A stretch of DNA of 33,736 bases from Folioceros fuciformis. Lineage: Eukaryota. Below, piece by piece: positions 24,833-33,736 of this stretch. The notes below the pieces were generated by a model, which made no database searches, was not told where the DNA came from, and saw only the letters and a list, made by a program, of their open reading frames with translations. The position numbers and the translations under genes are program-made. Position 1 is the first letter of the stretch; every line of letters starts with the position of its first letter. The stretch is taken from assembly GCA_049999805.1 (NCBI GenBank), contig JBNGIO010004367.1, forward strand, positions 1-33,736, written 5' to 3'.

Positions 24833-27572
24833 TTATCTGGGCCTCACAAGCTCTGTAGAACTTCCCGTATACGAGCTGGAAGTTGCCCTGGTTGTTGATG
24901 TTGACCCCGACTCTCCGAGCACCATGCCGTGGGCTTGCGTGTCAAGTAACGTGCTTTCACTGTCGGTGACATCAGCCCTCTGGTAAAACTCCTCAGCCCT
25001 CAGTTTGGATCCCTTGATCCCTTGCAGCATTTCCACACCTTCACTCATCGATGGTCTCAAAGCTCTTGAGGACACCAAGCACGCCACCGCAACCTGCTAC
25101 CACAAACTGTTAATCTCCATTCTGCTCTGAACTGATTTGGAGGGCTCCACACAACTGTATGTAATCAAAGACCGACTCACCTGTGCAACTGCCTCAACTG
25201 ACTGGAGGTCATCTCCTGCGAGCGAGGACGATATATGCGTGTCAATGATTTCACGGACCCTCCCACTCTTTATCAAAGGCATTGAGGACAGAGCAAGGTT
25301 CTGCTCCGCATCCGGTTTGGAAAGGTCAATCGGCTTCTTGGATGTGATCAACTCGAGGAGCACAACCCCAAAGCTGTACACATCTGTTTTATCGGTGAGC
25401 TGGAAGTTGTGGAAATATTCGGGATCCAGATAGCCAGGGGTTCCCTTCACACCTGTGGACACGTGTGTGGCTTCCAAATCCACCAGCTTAGAAAGCCCGA
25501 AGTCCGCAACTTTGGCGTTGAAGTTATGGTCCAATAGGATATTGGCAGACTTCACATCTCGATGGAAGATGGGTGGTGTTGCCTGTACATGCAAGTACTT
25601 CAGTGCCTCAGCTGTTTGAAGAGCGATCCTGAACCTTGTACTCCAGTCAAGCCTTGTGCTGAAGCCCTTGTGTGATGTGGATAGGTGATCCTGCAAAGCT
25701 CCATTGGGTACGAACTCGTACACCAGCAGCGGAAATGTCCACCTCGATGCAGCACCCCAAAAGCTTGACAAGGTTCCTGTTGTTCACTTGCGAGAGGATG
25801 TCCACCTCGTTCACAAATGAGTCCACATCATTAGCATGCTTTGCCATTTTAATGGCCACAATTTGGCCATTATCCAGCTTGCCTCTGTACACAGTGCCAA
25901 ACCCTCCACTCCCAACCTGGTGGTCTGCAGAGAACCCGGTTGTTGCTCGCTCCAGCTCAGCGTAGGAGAAAATGGTGCTTGCTGCAAGTCGAGTGGCATT
26001 CCCTTTCAAAATGCTATTGATGGCAGCCGAGGCTTGATCAGACCTCCCCAACCCAACAATACGCAAAGCAAACGGTCGTTCTTGATCTTCCCCTGTGGAT
26101 TCAGATCCATGCTGCCGCCGGCAGTACAGAAACCCTGTAACAGCTATTACAGCAGCAATGGAGACGACGACGGCAGGCACTACTGCCGCTGCACCACCAC
26201 AACAAATCGCCTTACATCAGTTACCAGCGTTTATAGTACTCCACACCAGAAAAAACCTTGACAGCAAGCAACAGCGATTTACCTGCCACCGGGAAGTTCT
26301 TCCCACCCCGACTATTCCCTGCAAAGCCCAATCCACTTTTAGAGGGTGTTACAGTACAATACATGACCGAGCAGGTAGTCCGACGCACCGATCAGCACAC
26401 GGAGGCTAGCGTGCCAAGGCAAAGCTGAAGCGGTTCTAACCAAGCAAGGGTGTACATGACCAAGCGATTCTTCATTGAAATACCGATCTAAGCCATGGTC
26501 AACAATGCTCGAGGAAAACCTACCCACTTCCACACTCAGCTTCATGTTGTTTACGGCACAGTTGTTCCCAATTCCATCAATGAAATAGTTTACCCCTTTA
26601 GCAAGAGGCACACCTCTGTTCGGGTCGTTGTACTTAGCCAGGGGTCTGGAGGGCACTTGGCACCTATTGAAATCAGATTCGTTCACTTGCACCACGTTGT
26701 GTTGGTCCTTAACGTAATCGAAGACTCGATGGAATGCCAAAAAAAAAACAAGAGTCAGGCGAGAACGAGGCTCACGGCACCAGGAGCGACAAATGTGAAC
26801 AACTTGTGCTTGTTGGGCGACAACAAATCCAACCATTCATACCAAGCACACTGCCGTTGTGAAAAGGAAATCCCTTCAACAGATCCTTGTAGAAGTTGGC
26901 ATTGGTCTGCGGCGCCCATGGAATCTGCAAACTGAAGACCTGCCTGGGCGTTCCGGAATCCTCACCGGGAGCGGAACCAAGAGCGGGATCGGGATCGGGA
27001 CCGGGACCGGGAGCTCTCTGACCCGAAGGAGACAGAGGCGGAGGAGGGGAATCCTCAGCGAAGACGGTGATGGAAAACGCCATCCCCTGCTGGCAGTCTA
27101 CACTGATGTCTGTACTGAGGCCACTGCTGGTGAAGTAGTACGTGCCTGCGGCCACCATATACACCAAGGAGGCGCCTCCATCGATATAGGAAGCCAGTGA
27201 TGAGACATTGCAGTTGTTCAGGTCCTCAAATAACCAAACCTGCGTCACGTCATGGACGGTGGCATCGTACGTGAAGACTGCAGCCATGGCAACAGCTTGT
27301 CAGACACGGACATCGAAACGATCCAACAATCACAGGCTGCGAGCAGAAACCTGAACAGATTTCTCACATAGAGTGTCGTTGATGGACAGCGTCAATCTGT
27401 CAGCCCAGCGCTGGTAGAACCACAGGTCTTGCTGAGGAGCCCAATTTTTTTGGGCGCCTCCGATGGCCCCGACATTATACACCAGCTGGGCTTCACCAAC
27501 GGGGGTGACACCCAGCATGACACCCAGCAACGAGAGTACCATAGAAATGCAGGTGATCGTCGACGAGTCCAT
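24833..27572 (-). CDS. Double-phytocyanin ectodomain receptor-like kinase, copy 3; RD WAK/WAKL-like kinase with a +1 frameshift at 25733-25735 (sequencing error or recent pseudogene)
   Basis: Exons 27572-27368, 27277-26843, 26724-26524, 26318-26283 (36-nt microexon), 26188-25181, 25093-24833. Signal peptide; domain 1 VYNVG...FYQRWA...NDTLFFTY..HDV..NNC..YYFTS..DCQQGM; Pro-rich spacer; domain 2 W..FYKD..GSVLVFDY..HNVVQVNESDFNRC..NYFID..NCAVNNMKL; TM; GSGGFG, VAIK, FVNEV, HRDVKSANILL, DFG, GTPGYLDPEY. Confidence 0.85.
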
Positions 27573-27914
27573 CTCTCTGGCGATGCCGTGCCTCTTCCAC
27601 CTGAAACTTAACAACTATCTGGACCCTTGAGGGTGTTTAGGGCGATCGACTTCGAGAAGCCGGCCTCGCAAACGCGCTCGGGAAGTCAGACCCACGTTCT
27701 GGCTCCCCCACGAGGACGGCAGAAGCGCGTCCCAACACTTGAAGTTAAAGATGGCCGACAATATACAGCAATTCCGTGTTTCGCACCTTGGCAGAACTCT
27801 TCAACGTCAGGAGCCAGTAAGTAATGCCGGAATGGAAGTTCCGCCGGCTTGGGGCCCGGCGGATAGTATCAACAGGCTCTGCCGACCAAAAAACATTGTA
27901 GAATAATGAAGACG

Positions 27915-29573
27915 TTATCCATTGGGAGGCTTCCGTCTCGCTGTCCTGCAGACAGACCAGGCTCTCGTAAACTCGGACAGGGAAGGTGGAGGACGTCTGT
28001 CATCAGTCAATCGCCTCGAAGTTTGTCGGCTTTGGAGGCGTAAGCAGCATTTGCCAGCGCCATTACCAAAAAGCTTGAGATTTTTGAAGCTCGGTAACAA
28101 GGATGCAATACTATGCCCGCAGCTTGCAATACGATGCCCTTTTGTCACTAGTCCGAGAATCTGCATATCGGAAGTTTGCAGAATCAACGCGAAATATGTA
28201 ACCCATGCCTCGCACCGAGACTGTGTCACCTTGGCACGGGAAATTGGAGTTCCTGAGGTGTCTATCCGCTTGTTCCTTGTGCCCAGCAGCGAACTGGACT
28301 CTCGTCGTCTGCATGCCCCGCACAGTCCGTATCTTCGGCCCACTGCTACGGTTCTTCCCGAAGGTAACGTAACACAAGCCAGCAGTCTCCACTTCTGGGG
28401 CTCAGCTCTCCGGTGCCAGCACAACGTGAGCCAAATGCAGGATGTCATATTGTCATGGTTATCAGGTTCGTTTCTCCGGTTCTTGGTGATACGGGATCCC
28501 CGCAGATGCGAGACACTTGTGACAGATGGGGTGCAGTGGCGAAACACCGGCACTTTCAGGACTTCGGGGGAATTCTCCCGGACCGGGACGAAGCTCCTGC
28601 GGTTCAAGATCCTTAACACATCTCCTGATTGGAACATAGTGGCGTCAGAATCCTTGATTACCGCCCAAACATCAATTGCCTGAGAGTATCCTTCCGGATG
28701 ACATAGCCACACATTGTGGAGCCAAATGTGGAACTGCCTTGGTTTGTTGTCCTCACGACCAGAAAACTGAGGTGACAAGACAGATCCCTGGCGAATAATG
28801 TCCGCCACACACACATCGGGAAGGAGGTATCTGCTGATGACATGATTTATATTTTGAGCTTGAAGGAGACTGGTCTACGAGTCAAATCATCACGAGGAGG
28901 AGCGTTCAAAGGTGAGCACTAAGATGAGCCCATGACCCGGGATCGTTGAAGTCCCCGATCAAACAACCCTAAACCCTGCCAAACGGATACGTTCGACCTT
29001 CACCTTTGTGATGAATTGTTCAAGTGAGGTGGCATGACTGGTTGTATGATGCACCTGGACTTTGTTGTTCATGACACTGTCACCTCTGCCAGAAAGAAAA
29101 CGCACGGCCCTCTTTTCTCTTGCTTCAGGCATCTGATCCTGACCCATGAAACCCATTAGCTCGCGTGCCATCCAGGCCAAGCGCTCAAGACTCCATTTGC
29201 TGGCTGGCTATATGCTGCCCCGCCTCCAATTCATCAGCAGTCCGCGCCTCTCCAGCGGATGATCGGGGCCCAAGAATCCAGTGCAGCGAAAAAGGCAAGC
29301 TTGGTATGTTCATATAACGTATGTATGGCCTGGTACCATGGTGTCAACCGGTCGTGAATTGCCAGTGTGCTGATTGCAAGAGGAAGAAGAAAAGGCCATG
29401 GCATGCCTATGGTATTCACGCGGGGGTCGTACCACGTGTGTGTGCAGTTTGTAGATGGATCCGTGATGAGCACACAACGAGGTTCAGAGGTAAACATATA
29501 ACCCATATTTTGTCCCAGAAGTGTGTTACCTCTTGAGGAGTATTAGGGCTGCGGCTCTCTCTCCAGAATCCAT
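27915..29573 (-). other. Unidentified, possibly decayed or orphan coding region
   Basis: A 299-codon open frame (28814-27915) is preceded by two shorter same-strand frames and a spliceable ATG exon at 29573, but stops separate the blocks. No motif recognised. Confidence 0.25.
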
Positions 29574-29788
29574 GAGCCGTTTGTTCAACGCACAGCGAAC
29601 TATTCTTTCGCCTTTTACTAAAGAATACCGTGTGTTGGATACAAGCTGCGGCGTACTTTATTTTTTGGGCTGAGCTCTTACGAGCTCGACAAACTAAGTC
29701 AAAATTGGACGGTCTTCATAACCATGTGATATCTTTACAACAGTCATCTGCCGCAAATCTGTGTTGGGACGATGTTCTTAAAGTCTCC

Positions 29789-30017
29789 CAACCAAACCTG
29801 GCACTTACGCCTCAGAGACATCGAACCTTTCATTGTCTCTCAACCAGCCCGAGCGCCTATGCCGCAAAGACATCGTACATTTCATGCCTCGCAACCAAAC
29901 CTGGCACTTACTCCTCAGTGATATCGAACCTTTCATTGTCTCTCAACCAGCCCGAGCGCCTATGCCACAATGACATCGTACATTTCATGTCTCGCAACCA
30001 AACCTGGCACTTACGCC
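29789..30017. repeat. Tandem repeat with a 103-bp unit (about 2.2 copies), each unit made of two related ~51-52 bp subunits
   Basis: caaccaaacctggcacttac starts at 29789, 29892 and 29995. The alternate subunit caaccagcccgagcgcctatgcc lies between them. Confidence 0.92.
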
Positions 30018-30187
30018 GCAATTAAATCGTACTAGCATTACACCGACAGGCCGAAACATTTCTAAGGAGTCAATTGCGCAAGCGTTACAAACAGTTGTTT
30101 GGTAGGACAGATCTGCTGACTAATCCTTTGCGCCTTTCACATGTGTTGCCAGGAGAAATTTCTGGTAATTTCTGTGCAGGGCTGAGC

Positions 30188-31909
30188 TCAGAATTCTAGA
30201 AGAACGACATTCTTGATGTCTGGGAACTTGTCCTTGATGGCAGCTTGGATGCCCATACCAATGGGTGCAGGGCCTAGGTACTTGACCCTGCAATCTCCAC
30301 TTCCAGCGCATACGGAGACCACTTCGACTGCCCCACCGTAGTTGAGGATGGCTGGCTTGAGAATATCAAGATGAGAGTTCACCGCCTGCAAAAATGGAGA
30401 AACACACATCAAAAACACTGCAGTTCAACCCAGGATCCTGGAACACGCTAGGGTCTCGTGCAGAGACCGCTTCACATACCGCAATAGTTGCTCCCAGTTC
30501 TTGCCGGTCAACTTGGACAACCTCCTTGATTGCATCCCCAAACTTCTCCAGCAGCACTCTCTCGATCCCCATCTTCATTGTGGAGGTAGAGCTGGGGCAG
30601 GTCCCGCATGCCCCTGTACAATTTGAGCTTACAAACGTCAATGGAGAAACTGCCCCAATCTCTGCCACTGCAGCAACCTAGGAAAAACTACAACCCTTGA
30701 CAACTATTACGGTATTCATCCGCTTCAAGCCTGCAGAACTTGCAAACTCTTTGTTCAAAGCCTTGCATGCCAGCAAGACCCAAGACGGTACTACCAACCT
30801 TGAAGCCGCAGTGACACGATGCCATTGCTCACATCCACTACCTCCACATTACCACCATCCGCTATCAGATACGGCCTGACATCATTCAGCACCAAGTCCA
30901 CGTTCTCCTTCGTGAATTCGTATGTCTGGGCTGAGTACAGGCCACCAGCGACAGCGGAGTTTGCGAATGGACTAACAACCGATGCGGGCTTTGCCTCCTC
31001 CTTGGCATTAGCATTCTTGGACACAGCACCTTCAAAACTCTCCTTCGTCTGCCCATCGATCACACTGCTCCAGTCATCCCCTTCGGTAGCTTGAAGCAGC
31101 TTCAACCGACGGGTCCTGGAGTCCTCGTCCTCACCTTCCACCTCGTCGTACAAGTTTTCCCCCATAGCCTTCCTCATCTTTAGCTTCTTCTCCTCGTACT
31201 CTTTCCTCTCCTGCTCAGTCATGAGCCCCAGAGGCACACCCGCACCCGTTCCGTCCCACACATCTGCATCCACGGAGTTCCCAGCAGGAAAAATATCCAA
31301 CACATCCAGCCACCGCTGCTTCTCCTCCTCTAACCTAGCCCTGGTCACCAGCGAAGCCTGGGTATACAGCTTCACCTTCACAGAAACACATTTCACATCC
31401 CCAACCCTACTCCGGTGGCCCTTCAGCGACAGGATGACATTCCTCGAGTACCCAACATACTGCACCACCCCATCTCCAGCGAGCACAGCATAGACTCCCG
31501 CAAATTTGAACGCCTCCCTGGCACCCACATAAGTCTCAAATCCAACCACGGAGGTCCCATCATCCTCTTCCCCTCTACCTGTAAACTCCTTTCCCTGAGA
31601 GCTGTGGATATCCGCCCCGCCCTCTCCGTACAGGAACCCGTGCAGCCCCTTGTGCCCCTCAGGAACCGTGTCATCTGTAACGATGCCCGACAGTGAGCTC
31701 AGATTCTCCACATCCGCCGACGCCCCCGGGATTCCTGAAGCGCTCGTTTTCCCCCGAGCCCAAATCCTTACCCCATGGCTGCGGAGAGCGAATACGCCTT
31801 CAGAGAAAGTCGAGTAGCCAGGCCTCGAGCTGCGGGCCGAGGAGGTGGGGAGCAGGCTTGTGGTGCCGCGAGAAGATGCCTGCAGAGTCCGGTGCATCAA
31901 ACTCTCCAT
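30188..31909 (-). CDS. NFU1: Plastid NifU-like Fe-S carrier NFU1 with an N-terminal GIY-YIG-like domain
   Basis: Exons 31909-30799, 30613-30480, 30385-30188. Ser/Arg-rich transit peptide; AGVYAVLAGDGVVQYVGYSRNV...PAGN domain; NFU domain ENVDLVLNDVRPYLIADGGNVEVV...[30 protein letters not shown] (CxxC); degenerate second NFU domain VNSHLDILKPAILNYGG...YLGPAPIGMGIQAAIKDKFPDI. Confidence 0.93.
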
Positions 31910-32416
31910 CGTGGGGACTTCAGGAAGGCCAGTCGTTAGACCACCATGTCTTGCAGCAACATTTCCTCAACAGATTCGTCTTTGATCCAGAACCAGATCC
32001 TCCGTCTCTGAAGCCAAAACTGCCAAGTATGAAAAGTCGGGAGACGCAGAGCATCTGCCTGGCAATCGGGCCAACCAATCACAGCCTACCTTCCCAGTTT
32101 TATCCAGTCAACGCCTTCCCCTCTGGCAAAAGAAGGCCAACAACCTAGCAACGGTGTACAACTAATGCGTGGAATAGAATTTCAGGTGCAATATGATTCA
32201 TTAGTGAGTGTAATTGGTTATGGCGGATTGGTCAAGTGCTGTCCTGTTCCGCCGAAGATCTCTCACGGGAATGAAGCAAGGAGATGCAGGCCACGCTGGG
32301 CTAAATTGATTTACATACACGGTTGCCCCGCTCCCGCATCAGATTCGTCGCCGGCGACAGGCGGCATATGCTTGCCTTCATACTTTACAGGAAAAGGAAA
32401 GGGGATCCAGGGGTCT

Positions 32417-33736
32417 TTACGGATCCGCAGGCAACGTGGGACTCTGGGAACATACGTCCATGCTGTGCAACTGCAGTAGTTTCGTGGGAGCATCGCACAA
32501 ACCTGCTGAGACGAGAAGCAATGGCAGGCATGTAGAGGACTGGATTAGAAACAAGGCGAGGATGACGAGGTAACCAGGGGGAAAATCGGATGTACTAGAA
32601 CCTGCGCACACGGGGATGTCCCAGACGGCGACAGATGTGGCACGACATTCGGGGTCACAGAGTGCTCGGTTATCCTCGTACTCAACATTCTTGGCCAGCA
32701 TCCACACACCCATAGTGACATCATCGCTGTTGAATACCCTGAGACTAGGGACCATGCTAACGCAGTCAGTCATGTCCGCTGCCCGAAAGAAAGCTTGGCT
32801 TGCTGCGAACAAATGGCGAGGTGAAGATCTGGTGAGTACCTGTCGTTTCTAGCGGATGACAAGGAAGCTGCAACTGCAGCAGAGATGGCATAAATAGGAC
32901 CATAGGCATGATAGAAGTACTCGGAGCCTAGCAAGTACGCCAGGGGCTCATACCTGCACACGCACAGAGCATGGTTACGTATCTGGCTATGATAGTGAAG
33001 CAAGACAACAACCGAGTGCGCTCTCAACATGGAAGTACCAAGTAGCGCCTGGTTCCCTCACAACAGGTCCATTTTTCATGCATCCAAGATAGGTCCGAGG
33101 CGAGGTTCTGTCCTTGGCCAGGAGTGTGGACAACCTGTCTGCACTAGCAATTAACCTGAGTTGCACATCGCACATGGAGGGGCCCTTCCTAACGTTTCTG
33201 CGGCATATCACAGACGCTGTTCAGAGCAATTCACCGGTACGGAGGTAGATGTTGTCATCCGCCTTGACGTAAAAATCAGCATCGAAGCGCTTGTACGCAG
33301 CCTTGAGGAAAGCCAACCTGCAAAAGCAGTGTAAAGTCAGCCTGCCTACCGGCAACATCCAACCCAACAATTATCGTACTCCACCCCACCCACCGCCATG
33401 CTGACTCACGTTTTATAGACCTGCATTTGGCTCGATTCCTCAACATCGACAACCAGGAAGTCATTAAACGCCTCAAACTCCGCCTGCAACGCGGCCGCCT
33501 TCTCAGCATCCTTCGTGGACCCAATCACAAACCTGATCACCAGCCCGGTAGCCTCCTCCAACCTGGAACCGCACACCACCCGTCACTCCCCTGCATACTA
33601 AAACGCTCACACCCCACAACCCCACCCTCCACCCAGGCACTGTCCCTCTAGGGAGAGATGGGATACCTGGCAATACCTTCAGGCGTCTCGGGCACCCAGG
33701 TCTCTCTCAGAGCCTTCCTCCTAGCCAGAGCCTCGA
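32417..33736 (-). CDS. GT31 beta-1,3-galactosyltransferase (B3GALT12-14-like clade); 3' part, 5' end outside the window
   Basis: Exon peptides [49 protein letters not shown] (DDD-type motif), [75 protein letters not shown]. Stop at 32417. Confidence 0.92.

Noticed and set aside
29789-30017. CRISPR-like appearance of the recurring caaccaaacctggcacttac motif
   Set aside because: The intervening sequences are near-identical rather than unique spacers, there are no cas genes, and the context is eukaryotic.

Overview
Gene-dense, intron-rich nuclear DNA of a land plant, with introns mostly about 80-200 nt. The compact layout, the ciliary/basal-body gene NME7 and a GIY-YIG-fused plastid NFU1 point to a non-flowering plant with flagellate sperm; hornwort- or lycophyte-like is my inference. 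Housekeeping genes: 5' part of the ARF-GEF BIG5/MIN7, DIM1A, a UCH37-type deubiquitinase, NME7, SRP9, NFU1 and the 3' part of a GT31 galactosyltransferase. The most striking content is three receptor-like kinase genes within about 20 kb. Each has a phytocyanin/early-nodulin-like (plastocyanin-fold) ectodomain fused through a TM helix to a Pelle/RLK-type kinase, which is WAK/WAKL-like in copies 2 and 3. All four ectodomain copies keep the disulfide Cys pair but have lost the type-1 copper Cys/His ligands. Copy 1 is a predicted pseudokinase (HRD->HKA). Copy 2 is an RD kinase with a ~30-aa N-lobe insertion. Copy 3 has two tandem phytocyanin domains and a +1 frameshift in the kinase as assembled. 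Also present: a candidate solo LTR, three local tandem repeats (one broken by a 100-N gap) and several unexplained or decayed coding-like stretches. Exon boundaries were read by eye and no database searches were run.
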